From assembly GCA_903813345.2 (NCBI GenBank), contig CAIIXF020000001.1, positions 17,670,001 through 17,734,000 on the forward strand: 64,000 nucleotides of DNA. The letters are read 5' to 3'. Of the stretch, positions 1-14,100 are shown one piece after another. Source of the DNA: Owenia fusiformis (lineage: Eukaryota). A model generated the notes under the pieces. It ran no database searches. It was not told where the DNA came from and saw only the letters and a list, made by a program, of their open reading frames with translations. The position numbers were made by a program, and so were the translations under genes. Each line of letters begins with the position of its first letter. Position 1 is the stretch's first letter.

Positions 1-360
1 TCATGTAGTCCTATTCAAAAACTTCCCGTTCGGTTATATGGTGAAAAAAATATCCCACGAACGAAAAAAGATTTTGCTACATTTATAAGCGAGCATTGAT
101 TTCTGGGCCTGTAAAAAGCACGTAGGACCTGATTACCCCATTGATTTACTGAGACCGCCAAAAATTTAATTCAATTTTTTGGTTCAAAATAATAATCTGT
201 CAGCGGTCCCTGACACTCCTACTAGCTATCACCAAACATTAATTGCCAATACATGTACACATATACGTGCCATACATCTACAAAGTAGCGAACTAGTGTA
301 TTAAGTACTACTTTTCCTATACGATGAGCAAAACAAATCTCAAGTAGGTTATATTGACCC

Positions 361-1225
361 TATTAGTGTCATGGTTGACTGAATATGCATTTTATTCAAT
401 ATGAATTTTAAAGTTCGGGGTTTTATGAAGTGATATGTACATTTTTGCTCAAATCCCCTCAGCACTTTTGATTCTATAGGGTTCTCTTGACCCCTGGGGT
501 CATTATATTTTGTGACAATTTATTCCAGACTAAATGTAGTTATTTTGTCATTAAAATATCTTATTAGAGAAACGTTCAGGAAAAGTTGCGCTATCCACAA
601 GACTTCTTGTCACTGCACTGATAAATGTAGCAAAATAGTCAAAATAATTCAGCCTTGAGCATGAAATTTTTGAATTTTTGGACAAATTTTGGGCTATTTT
701 GGGGGATTTTTGCCCATAACGATACTAATCTACTTAAAACAGCTGTTTAAAGTTGTACAAATTGCTTAAGTGATTTATATTCTCTCATAAGTAGGACTAT
801 TTGCTACTTTACTAAACTGAACATCATTGATTTTTCGTTTTTCATGAACTTCTGATGGCTAGTTCAAGTAGCATTGTCTTTTGTGCAGGTTTACTGAATA
901 CGTCCCTTTAAAATTGGGTCTTTCGTGGGTTTAAAGGGTCAAAATATTGGAACTTTGCACACCGTGGAACGTTTGGGGTGTGTTTCCTTTAATTTGGCAA
1001 GAACTGCATCAAATTACTTGATAAGAGAGCAGAAATGTAGCAATTTAGGCTGAAAAGTACTGTTTTCAATGAAAAAACGAAAATTGCTGACACAGCAAAA
1101 TTTAGATCGTCGTCTCCAGAATTTTAGGGGTTAATTTGCAAAACTTTAAATGGTCCCATAGAAACATATGCGAAATATGGCTAAATTCGACATATTTCTC
1201 GAAATTCACTAATAAATGTGGTTGA
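361..1225. repeat. Reference copy of satellite unit A (865 bp)
   Basis: Runs from TATTAGTGTCATGG to AAATGTGGTTGA. Contains the hairpin TGACCCC-T-GGGGTCA (488-502) and repeated AAATGTAG(CAA) motifs. Confidence 0.98.
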
Positions 1226-4200
1226 TATTAGTGTCATGGTTGACTGAATATGCATTTTATTCAATATGAATTTTAAAGTTCGGGGTTTTATGAAGTGATA
1301 TGTACATTTTTGCTCAAATCCCCTCAGCACTTTTGATTCTATAGGGTTCTCTTGACCCCTGGGGTCATTATATTTTGTGACAATTTATTCCAGACTAAAT
1401 GTAGTTATTTTGTCATTAAAATATCTTATTAGAGAAACGTTCAGGAAAAGTTGCGCTATCCACAAGACTTCTTGTCACTGCACTGATAAATGTAGCAAAA
1501 TAGTCAAAATAATTCAGCCTTGAGCATGAAATTTTTGAATTTTTGGACAAATTTTGGGCTATTTTGGGGGATTTTTGCCCATAACGATACTAATCTACTT
1601 AAAACAGCTGTTTAAAGTTGTACAAATTGCTTAAGTGATTTATATTCTCTCATAAGTAGGACTATTTGCTACTTTACTAAACTGAACATCATTGATTTTT
1701 CGTTTTTCATGAACTTCTGATGGCTAGTTCAAGTAGCATTGTCTTTTGTGCAGGTTTACTGAATACGTCCCTTTAAAATTGGGTCTTTCGTGGGTTTAAA
1801 GGGTCAAAATATTGGAACTTTGCACACCGTGGAACGTTTGGGGTGTGTTTCCTTTAATTTGGCAAGAACTGCATCAAATTACTTGATAAGAGAGCAGAAA
1901 TGTAGCAATTTAGGCTGAAAAGTACTGTTTTCAATGAAAAAACGAAAATTGCTGACACAGCAAAATTTAGATCGTCGTCTCCAGAATTTTAGGGGTTAAT
2001 TTGCAAAACTTTAAATGGTCCCATAGAAACATATGCGAAATATGGCTAAATTCGACATATTTCTCGAAATTCACTAATAAATGTGGTTGATATTAGTGTC
2101 ATGGTTGACTGAATATGCATTTTATTCAATATGAATTTTAAAGTTCGGGGTTTTATGAAGTGATATGTACATTTTTGCTCAAATCCCCTCAGCACTTTTG
2201 ATTCTATAGGGTTCTCTTGACCCCTGGGGTCATTATATTTTGTGACAATTTATTCCAGACTAAATGTAGTTATTTTGTCATTAAAATATCTTATTAGAGA
2301 AACGTTCAGGAAAAGTTGCGCTATCCACAAGACTTCTTGTCACTGCACTGATAAATGTAGCAAAATAGTCAAAATAATTCAGCCTTGAGCATGAAATTTT
2401 TGAATTTTTGGACAAATTTTGGGCTATTTTGGGGGATTTTTGCCCATAACGATACTAATCTACTTAAAACAGCTGTTTAAAGTTGTACAAATTGCTTAAG
2501 TGATTTATATTCTCTCATAAGTAGGACTATTTGCTACTTTACTAAACTGAACATCATTGATTTTTCGTTTTTCATGAACTTCTGATGGCTAGTTCAAGTA
2601 GCATTGTCTTTTGTGCAGGTTTACTGAATACGTCCCTTTAAAATTGGGTCTTTCGTGGGTTTAAAGGGTCAAAATATTGGAACTTTGCACACCGTGGAAC
2701 GTTTGGGGTGTGTTTCCTTTAATTTGGCAAGAACTGCATCAAATTACTTGATAAGAGAGCAGAAATGTAGCAATTTAGGCTGAAAAGTACTGTTTTCAAT
2801 GAAAAAACGAAAATTGCTGACACAGCAAAATTTAGATCGTCGTCTCCAGAATTTTAGGGGTTAATTTGCAAAACTTTAAATGGTCCCATAGAAACATATG
2901 CGAAATATGGCTAAATTCGACATATTTCTCGAAATTCACTAATAAATGTGGTTGATATTAGTGTCATGGTTGACTGAATATGCATTTTATTCAATATGAA
3001 TTTTAAAGTTCGGGGTTTTATGAAGTGATATGTACATTTTTGCTCAAATCCCCTCAGCACTTTTGATTCTATAGGGTTCTCTTGACCCCTGGGGTCATTA
3101 TATTTTGTGACAATTTATTCCAGACTAAATGTAGTTATTTTGTCATTAAAATATCTTATTAGAGAAACGTTCAGGAAAAGTTGCGCTATCCACAAGACTT
3201 CTTGTCACTGCACTGATAAATGTAGCAAAATAGTCAAAATAATTCAGCCTTGAGCATGAAATTTTTGAATTTTTGGACAAATTTTGGGCTATTTTGGGGG
3301 ATTTTTGCCCATAACGATACTAATCTACTTAAAACAGCTGTTTAAAGTTGTACAAATTGCTTAAGTGATTTATATTCTCTCATAAGTAGGACTATTTGCT
3401 ACTTTACTAAACTGAACATCATTGATTTTTCGTTTTTCATGAACTTCTGATGGCTAGTTCAAGTAGCATTGTCTTTTGTGCAGGTTTACTGAATACGTCC
3501 CTTTAAAATTGGGTCTTTCGTGGGTTTAAAGGGTCAAAATATTGGAACTTTGCACACCGTGGAACGTTTGGGGTGTGTTTCCTTTAATTTGGCAAGAACT
3601 GCATCAAATTACTTGATAAGAGAGCAGAAATGTAGCAATTTAGGCTGAAAAGTACTGTTTTCAATGAAAAAACGAAAATTGCTGACACAGCAAAATTTAG
3701 ATCGTCGTCTCCAGAATTTTAGGGGTTAATTTGCAAAACTTTAAATGGTCCCATAGAAACATATGCGAAATATGGCTAAATTCGACATATTTCTCGAAAT
3801 TCACTAATAAATGTGGTTGATATTAGTGTCATGGTTGACTGAATATGCATTTTATTCAATATGAATTTTAAAGTTCGGGGTTTTATGAAGTGATATGTAC
3901 ATTTTTGCTCAAATCCCCTCAGCACTTTTGATTCTATAGGGTTCTCTTGACCCCTGGGGTCATTATATTTTGTGACAATTTATTCCAGACTAAATGTAGT
4001 TATTTTGTCATTAAAATATCTTATTAGAGAAACGTTCAGGAAAAGTTGCGCTATCCACAAGACTTCTTGTCACTGCACTGATAAATGTAGCAAAATAGTC
4101 AAAATAATTCAGCCTTGAGCATGAAATTTTTGAATTTTTGGACAAATTTTGGGCTATTTTGGGGGATTTTTGCCCATAACGATACTAATCTACTTAAAAC

Positions 4201-4686
4201 AGCTGTTTAAAGTTGTACAAATTGCTTAAGTGATTTATATTCTCTCATAAGTAGGACTATTTGCTACTTTACTAAACTGAACATCATTGATTTTTCGTTT
4301 TTCATGAACTTCTGATGGCTAGTTCAAGTAGCATTGTCTTTTGTGCAGGTTTACTGAATACGTCCCTTTAAAATTGGGTCTTTCGTGGGTTTAAAGGGTC
4401 AAAATATTGGAACTTTGCACACCGTGGAACGTTTGGGGTGTGTTTCCTTTAATTTGGCAAGAACTGCATCAAATTACTTGATAAGAGAGCAGAAATGTAG
4501 CAATTTAGGCTGAAAAGTACTGTTTTCAATGAAAAAAACGAAAATTGCTGACACAGCAAAATTTAGATCGTCGTCTCCAGAATTTTAGGGGTTAATTTGC
4601 AAAACTTTAAATGGTCCCATAGAAACATATGCGAAATATGGCTAAATTCGACATATTTCTCGAAATTCACTAATAAATGTGGTTGA

Positions 4687-5159
4687 TATTAGGTAGAAAG
4701 CAACTTACTTTTTCACCCATTGGAATACATGTAAAATTGGCAAAGTTCAAATCATAATTTCTCAAATCCCAGCCCATCGAATCCTCACATCCATTCAGAT
4801 CATGTAGTCCTATTCAAAAACTTCCCGTTCGGTTATATGGTGAAAAAAATATCCCACGAACGAAAAAAGATTTTGCTACATTTATAAGCGAGCATTGATT
4901 TCTGGGCCTGTAAAAAGCACGTAGGACCTGATTACCCCATTGATTTACTGAGACCGCCAAAAATTTAATTCAATTTTTTGGTTCAAAATAATAATCTGTC
5001 AGCGGTCCCTGACACTCCTACTAGCTATCACCAAACATTAATTGCCAATACATGTACACATATACGTGCCATACATCTACAAAGTAGCGAACTAGTGTAT
5101 TAAGTACTACTTTTCCTATACGATGAGCAAAACAAATCTCAAGTAGGTTATATTGACCC
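4687..5159. repeat. Reference copy of satellite unit B (473 bp)
   Basis: TATTAG-GTAGAAAGCAACTT...GGTTATATTGACCC, followed by the TATTAG of the next A; identical by eye in all copies. Confidence 0.98.
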
Positions 5160-8100
5160 TATTAGTGTCATGGTTGACTGAATATGCATTTTATTCAATA
5201 TGAATTTTAAAGTTCGGGGTTTTATGAAGTGATATGTACATTTTTGCTCAAATCCCCTCAGCACTTTTGATTCTATAGGGTTCTCTTGACCCCTGGGGTC
5301 ATTATATTTTGTGACAATTTATTCCAGACTAAATGTAGTTATTTTGTCATTAAAATATCTTATTAGAGAAACGTTCAGGAAAAGTTGCGCTATCCACAAG
5401 ACTTCTTGTCACTGCACTGATAAATGTAGCAAAATAGTCAAAATAATTCAGCCTTGAGCATGAAATTTTTGAATTTTTGGACAAATTTTGGGCTATTTTG
5501 GGGGATTTTTGCCCATAACGATACTAATCTACTTAAAACAGCTGTTTAAAGTTGTACAAATTGCTTAAGTGATTTATATTCTCTCATAAGTAGGACTATT
5601 TGCTACTTTACTAAACTGAACATCATTGATTTTTCGTTTTTCATGAACTTCTGATGGCTAGTTCAAGTAGCATTGTCTTTTGTGCAGGTTTACTGAATAC
5701 GTCCCTTTAAAATTGGGTCTTTCGTGGGTTTAAAGGGTCAAAATATTGGAACTTTGCACACCGTGGAACGTTTGGGGTGTGTTTCCTTTAATTTGGCAAG
5801 AACTGCATCAAATTACTTGATAAGAGAGCAGAAATGTAGCAATTTAGGCTGAAAAGTACTGTTTTCAATGAAAAAACGAAAATTGCTGACACAGCAAAAT
5901 TTAGATCGTCGTCTCCAGAATTTTAGGGGTTAATTTGCAAAACTTTAAATGGTCCCATAGAAACATATGCGAAATATGGCTAAATTCGACATATTTCTCG
6001 AAATTCACTAATAAATGTGGTTGATATTAGTGTCATGGTTGACTGAATATGCATTTTATTCAATATGAATTTTAAAGTTCGGGGTTTTATGAAGTGATAT
6101 GTACATTTTTGCTCAAATCCCCTCAGCACTTTTGATTCTATAGGGTTCTCTTGACCCCTGGGGTCATTATATTTTGTGACAATTTATTCCAGACTAAATG
6201 TAGTTATTTTGTCATTAAAATATCTTATTAGAGAAACGTTCAGGAAAAGTTGCGCTATCCACAAGACTTCTTGTCACTGCACTGATAAATGTAGCAAAAT
6301 AGTCAAAATAATTCAGCCTTGAGCATGAAATTTTTGAATTTTTGGACAAATTTTGGGCTATTTTGGGGGATTTTTGCCCATAACGATACTAATCTACTTA
6401 AAACAGCTGTTTAAAGTTGTACAAATTGCTTAAGTGATTTATATTCTCTCATAAGTAGGACTATTTGCTACTTTACTAAACTGAACATCATTGATTTTTC
6501 GTTTTTCATGAACTTCTGATGGCTAGTTCAAGTAGCATTGTCTTTTGTGCAGGTTTACTGAATACGTCCCTTTAAAATTGGGTCTTTCGTGGGTTTAAAG
6601 GGTCAAAATATTGGAACTTTGCACACCGTGGAACGTTTGGGGTGTGTTTCCTTTAATTTGGCAAGAACTGCATCAAATTACTTGATAAGAGAGCAGAAAT
6701 GTAGCAATTTAGGCTGAAAAGTACTGTTTTCAATGAAAAAACGAAAATTGCTGACACAGCAAAATTTAGATCGTCGTCTCCAGAATTTTAGGGGTTAATT
6801 TGCAAAACTTTAAATGGTCCCATAGAAACATATGCGAAATATGGCTAAATTCGACATATTTCTCGAAATTCACTAATAAATGTGGTTGATATTAGTGTCA
6901 TGGTTGACTGAATATGCATTTTATTCAATATGAATTTTAAAGTTCGGGGTTTTATGAAGTGATATGTACATTTTTGCTCAAATCCCCTCAGCACTTTTGA
7001 TTCTATAGGGTTCTCTTGACCCCTGGGGTCATTATATTTTGTGACAATTTATTCCAGACTAAATGTAGTTATTTTGTCATTAAAATATCTTATTAGAGAA
7101 ACGTTCAGGAAAAGTTGCGCTATCCACAAGACTTCTTGTCACTGCACTGATAAATGTAGCAAAATAGTCAAAATAATTCAGCCTTGAGCATGAAATTTTT
7201 GAATTTTTGGACAAATTTTGGGCTATTTTGGGGGATTTTTGCCCATAACGATACTAATCTACTTAAAACAGCTGTTTAAAGTTGTACAAATTGCTTAAGT
7301 GATTTATATTCTCTCATAAGTAGGACTATTTGCTACTTTACTAAACTGAACATCATTGATTTTTCGTTTTTCATGAACTTCTGATGGCTAGTTCAAGTAG
7401 CATTGTCTTTTGTGCAGGTTTACTGAATACGTCCCTTTAAAATTGGGTCTTTCGTGGGTTTAAAGGGTCAAAATATTGGAACTTTGCACACCGTGGAACG
7501 TTTGGGGTGTGTTTCCTTTAATTTGGCAAGAACTGCATCAAATTACTTGATAAGAGAGCAGAAATGTAGCAATTTAGGCTGAAAAGTACTGTTTTCAATG
7601 AAAAAAACGAAAATTGCTGACACAGCAAAATTTAGATCGTCGTCTCCAGAATTTTAGGGGTTAATTTGCAAAACTTTAAATGGTCCCATAGAAACATATG
7701 CGAAATATGGCTAAATTCGACATATTTCTCGAAATTCACTAATAAATGTGGTTGATATTAGTGTCATGGTTGACTGAATATGCATTTTATTCAATATGAA
7801 TTTTAAAGTTCGGGGTTTTATGAAGTGATATGTACATTTTTGCTCAAATCCCCTCAGCACTTTTGATTCTATAGGGTTCTCTTGACCCCTGGGGTCATTA
7901 TATTTTGTGACAATTTATTCCAGACTAAATGTAGTTATTTTGTCATTAAAATATCTTATTAGAGAAACGTTCAGGAAAAGTTGCGCTATCCACAAGACTT
8001 CTTGTCACTGCACTGATAAATGTAGCAAAATAGTCAAAATAATTCAGCCTTGAGCATGAAATTTTTGAATTTTTGGACAAATTTTGGGCTATTTTGGGGG

Positions 8101-11100
8101 ATTTTTGCCCATAACGATACTAATCTACTTAAAACAGCTGTTTAAAGTTGTACAAATTGCTTAAGTGATTTATATTCTCTCATAAGTAGGACTATTTGCT
8201 ACTTTACTAAACTGAACATCATTGATTTTTCGTTTTTCATGAACTTCTGATGGCTAGTTCAAGTAGCATTGTCTTTTGTGCAGGTTTACTGAATACGTCC
8301 CTTTAAAATTGGGTCTTTCGTGGGTTTAAAGGGTCAAAATATTGGAACTTTGCACACCGTGGAACGTTTGGGGTGTGTTTCCTTTAATTTGGCAAGAACT
8401 GCATCAAATTACTTGATAAGAGAGCAGAAATGTAGCAATTTAGGCTGAAAAGTACTGTTTTCAATGAAAAAACGAAAATTGCTGACACAGCAAAATTTAG
8501 ATCGTCGTCTCCAGAATTTTAGGGGTTAATTTGCAAAACTTTAAATGGTCCCATAGAAACATATGCGAAATATGGCTAAATTCGACATATTTCTCGAAAT
8601 TCACTAATAAATGTGGTTGATATTAGTGTCATGGTTGACTGAATATGCATTTTATTCAATATGAATTTTAAAGTTCGGGGTTTTATGAAGTGATATGTAC
8701 ATTTTTGCTCAAATCCCCTCAGCACTTTTGATTCTATAGGGTTCTCTTGACCCCTGGGGTCATTATATTTTGTGACAATTTATTCCAGACTAAATGTAGT
8801 TATTTTGTCATTAAAATATCTTATTAGAGAAACGTTCAGGAAAAGTTGCGCTATCCACAAGACTTCTTGTCACTGCACTGATAAATGTAGCAAAATAGTC
8901 AAAATAATTCAGCCTTGAGCATGAAATTTTTGAATTTTTGGACAAATTTTGGGCTATTTTGGGGGATTTTTGCCCATAACGATACTAATCTACTTAAAAC
9001 AGCTGTTTAAAGTTGTACAAATTGCTTAAGTGATTTATATTCTCTCATAAGTAGGACTATTTGCTACTTTACTAAACTGAACATCATTGATTTTTCGTTT
9101 TTCATGAACTTCTGATGGCTAGTTCAAGTAGCATTGTCTTTTGTGCAGGTTTACTGAATACGTCCCTTTAAAATTGGGTCTTTCGTGGGTTTAAAGGGTC
9201 AAAATATTGGAACTTTGCACACCGTGGAACGTTTGGGGTGTGTTTCCTTTAATTTGGCAAGAACTGCATCAAATTACTTGATAAGAGAGCAGAAATGTAG
9301 CAATTTAGGCTGAAAAGTACTGTTTTCAATGAAAAAACGAAAATTGCTGACACAGCAAAATTTAGATCGTCGTCTCCAGAATTTTAGGGGTTAATTTGCA
9401 AAACTTTAAATGGTCCCATAGAAACATATGCGAAATATGGCTAAATTCGACATATTTCTCGAAATTCACTAATAAATGTGGTTGATATTAGTGTCATGGT
9501 TGACTGAATATGCATTTTATTCAATATGAATTTTAAAGTTCGGGGTTTTATGAAGTGATATGTACATTTTTGCTCAAATCCCCTCAGCACTTTTGATTCT
9601 ATAGGGTTCTCTTGACCCCTGGGGTCATTATATTTTGTGACAATTTATTCCAGACTAAATGTAGTTATTTTGTCATTAAAATATCTTATTAGAGAAACGT
9701 TCAGGAAAAGTTGCGCTATCCACAAGACTTCTTGTCACTGCACTGATAAATGTAGCAAAATAGTCAAAATAATTCAGCCTTGAGCATGAAATTTTTGAAT
9801 TTTTGGACAAATTTTGGGCTATTTTGGGGGATTTTTGCCCATAACGATACTAATCTACTTAAAACAGCTGTTTAAAGTTGTACAAATTGCTTAAGTGATT
9901 TATATTCTCTCATAAGTAGGACTATTTGCTACTTTACTAAACTGAACATCATTGATTTTTCGTTTTTCATGAACTTCTGATGGCTAGTTCAAGTAGCATT
10001 GTCTTTTGTGCAGGTTTACTGAATACGTCCCTTTAAAATTGGGTCTTTCGTGGGTTTAAAGGGTCAAAATATTGGAACTTTGCACACCGTGGAACGTTTG
10101 GGGTGTGTTTCCTTTAATTTGGCAAGAACTGCATCAAATTACTTGATAAGAGAGCAGAAATGTAGCAATTTAGGCTGAAAAGTACTGTTTTCAATGAAAA
10201 AAACGAAAATTGCTGACACAGCAAAATTTAGATCGTCGTCTCCAGAATTTTAGGGGTTAATTTGCAAAACTTTAAATGGTCCCATAGAAACATATGCGAA
10301 ATATGGCTAAATTCGACATATTTCTCGAAATTCACTAATAAATGTGGTTGATATTAGTGTCATGGTTGACTGAATATGCATTTTATTCAATATGAATTTT
10401 AAAGTTCGGGGTTTTATGAAGTGATATGTACATTTTTGCTCAAATCCCCTCAGCACTTTTGATTCTATAGGGTTCTCTTGACCCCTGGGGTCATTATATT
10501 TTGTGACAATTTATTCCAGACTAAATGTAGTTATTTTGTCATTAAAATATCTTATTAGAGAAACGTTCAGGAAAAGTTGCGCTATCCACAAGACTTCTTG
10601 TCACTGCACTGATAAATGTAGCAAAATAGTCAAAATAATTCAGCCTTGAGCATGAAATTTTTGAATTTTTGGACAAATTTTGGGCTATTTTGGGGGATTT
10701 TTGCCCATAACGATACTAATCTACTTAAAACAGCTGTTTAAAGTTGTACAAATTGCTTAAGTGATTTATATTCTCTCATAAGTAGGACTATTTGCTACTT
10801 TACTAAACTGAACATCATTGATTTTTCGTTTTTCATGAACTTCTGATGGCTAGTTCAAGTAGCATTGTCTTTTGTGCAGGTTTACTGAATACGTCCCTTT
10901 AAAATTGGGTCTTTCGTGGGTTTAAAGGGTCAAAATATTGGAACTTTGCACACCGTGGAACGTTTGGGGTGTGTTTCCTTTAATTTGGCAAGAACTGCAT
11001 CAAATTACTTGATAAGAGAGCAGAAATGTAGCAATTTAGGCTGAAAAGTACTGTTTTCAATGAAAAAACGAAAATTGCTGACACAGCAAAATTTAGATCG

Positions 11101-14100
11101 TCGTCTCCAGAATTTTAGGGGTTAATTTGCAAAACTTTAAATGGTCCCATAGAAACATATGCGAAATATGGCTAAATTCGACATATTTCTCGAAATTCAC
11201 TAATAAATGTGGTTGATATTAGTGTCATGGTTGACTGAATATGCATTTTATTCAATATGAATTTTAAAGTTCGGGGTTTTATGAAGTGATATGTACATTT
11301 TTGCTCAAATCCCCTCAGCACTTTTGATTCTATAGGGTTCTCTTGACCCCTGGGGTCATTATATTTTGTGACAATTTATTCCAGACTAAATGTAGTTATT
11401 TTGTCATTAAAATATCTTATTAGAGAAACGTTCAGGAAAAGTTGCGCTATCCACAAGACTTCTTGTCACTGCACTGATAAATGTAGCAAAATAGTCAAAA
11501 TAATTCAGCCTTGAGCATGAAATTTTTGAATTTTTGGACAAATTTTGGGCTATTTTGGGGGATTTTTGCCCATAACGATACTAATCTACTTAAAACAGCT
11601 GTTTAAAGTTGTACAAATTGCTTAAGTGATTTATATTCTCTCATAAGTAGGACTATTTGCTACTTTACTAAACTGAACATCATTGATTTTTCGTTTTTCA
11701 TGAACTTCTGATGGCTAGTTCAAGTAGCATTGTCTTTTGTGCAGGTTTACTGAATACGTCCCTTTAAAATTGGGTCTTTCGTGGGTTTAAAGGGTCAAAA
11801 TATTGGAACTTTGCACACCGTGGAACGTTTGGGGTGTGTTTCCTTTAATTTGGCAAGAACTGCATCAAATTACTTGATAAGAGAGCAGAAATGTAGCAAT
11901 TTAGGCTGAAAAGTACTGTTTTCAATGAAAAAACGAAAATTGCTGACACAGCAAAATTTAGATCGTCGTCTCCAGAATTTTAGGGGTTAATTTGCAAAAC
12001 TTTAAATGGTCCCATAGAAACATATGCGAAATATGGCTAAATTCGACATATTTCTCGAAATTCACTAATAAATGTGGTTGATATTAGTGTCATGGTTGAC
12101 TGAATATGCATTTTATTCAATATGAATTTTAAAGTTCGGGGTTTTATGAAGTGATATGTACATTTTTGCTCAAATCCCCTCAGCACTTTTGATTCTATAG
12201 GGTTCTCTTGACCCCTGGGGTCATTATATTTTGTGACAATTTATTCCAGACTAAATGTAGTTATTTTGTCATTAAAATATCTTATTAGAGAAACGTTCAG
12301 GAAAAGTTGCGCTATCCACAAGACTTCTTGTCACTGCACTGATAAATGTAGCAAAATAGTCAAAATAATTCAGCCTTGAGCATGAAATTTTTGAATTTTT
12401 GGACAAATTTTGGGCTATTTTGGGGGATTTTTGCCCATAACGATACTAATCTACTTAAAACAGCTGTTTAAAGTTGTACAAATTGCTTAAGTGATTTATA
12501 TTCTCTCATAAGTAGGACTATTTGCTACTTTACTAAACTGAACATCATTGATTTTTCGTTTTTCATGAACTTCTGATGGCTAGTTCAAGTAGCATTGTCT
12601 TTTGTGCAGGTTTACTGAATACGTCCCTTTAAAATTGGGTCTTTCGTGGGTTTAAAGGGTCAAAATATTGGAACTTTGCACACCGTGGAACGTTTGGGGT
12701 GTGTTTCCTTTAATTTGGCAAGAACTGCATCAAATTACTTGATAAGAGAGCAGAAATGTAGCAATTTAGGCTGAAAAGTACTGTTTTCAATGAAAAAACG
12801 AAAATTGCTGACACAGCAAAATTTAGATCGTCGTCTCCAGAATTTTAGGGGTTAATTTGCAAAACTTTAAATGGTCCCATAGAAACATATGCGAAATATG
12901 GCTAAATTCGACATATTTCTCGAAATTCACTAATAAATGTGGTTGATATTAGTGTCATGGTTGACTGAATATGCATTTTATTCAATATGAATTTTAAAGT
13001 TCGGGGTTTTATGAAGTGATATGTACATTTTTGCTCAAATCCCCTCAGCACTTTTGATTCTATAGGGTTCTCTTGACCCCTGGGGTCATTATATTTTGTG
13101 ACAATTTATTCCAGACTAAATGTAGTTATTTTGTCATTAAAATATCTTATTAGAGAAACGTTCAGGAAAAGTTGCGCTATCCACAAGACTTCTTGTCACT
13201 GCACTGATAAATGTAGCAAAATAGTCAAAATAATTCAGCCTTGAGCATGAAATTTTTGAATTTTTGGACAAATTTTGGGCTATTTTGGGGGATTTTTGCC
13301 CATAACGATACTAATCTACTTAAAACAGCTGTTTAAAGTTGTACAAATTGCTTAAGTGATTTATATTCTCTCATAAGTAGGACTATTTGCTACTTTACTA
13401 AACTGAACATCATTGATTTTTCGTTTTTCATGAACTTCTGATGGCTAGTTCAAGTAGCATTGTCTTTTGTGCAGGTTTACTGAATACGTCCCTTTAAAAT
13501 TGGGTCTTTCGTGGGTTTAAAGGGTCAAAATATTGGAACTTTGCACACCGTGGAACGTTTGGGGTGTGTTTCCTTTAATTTGGCAAGAACTGCATCAAAT
13601 TACTTGATAAGAGAGCAGAAATGTAGCAATTTAGGCTGAAAAGTACTGTTTTCAATGAAAAAACGAAAATTGCTGACACAGCAAAATTTAGATCGTCGTC
13701 TCCAGAATTTTAGGGGTTAATTTGCAAAACTTTAAATGGTCCCATAGAAACATATGCGAAATATGGCTAAATTCGACATATTTCTCGAAATTCACTAATA
13801 AATGTGGTTGATATTAGTGTCATGGTTGACTGAATATGCATTTTATTCAATATGAATTTTAAAGTTCGGGGTTTTATGAAGTGATATGTACATTTTTGCT
13901 CAAATCCCCTCAGCACTTTTGATTCTATAGGGTTCTCTTGACCCCTGGGGTCATTATATTTTGTGACAATTTATTCCAGACTAAATGTAGTTATTTTGTC
14001 ATTAAAATATCTTATTAGAGAAACGTTCAGGAAAAGTTGCGCTATCCACAAGACTTCTTGTCACTGCACTGATAAATGTAGCAAAATAGTCAAAATAATT

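Noticed and set aside
1223-1231. TGATATTAG as a CRESS-virus nonanucleotide origin
   Set aside because: Only partial resemblance to TAGTATTAC/TAATATTAC, no flanking stem-loop and no Rep gene.
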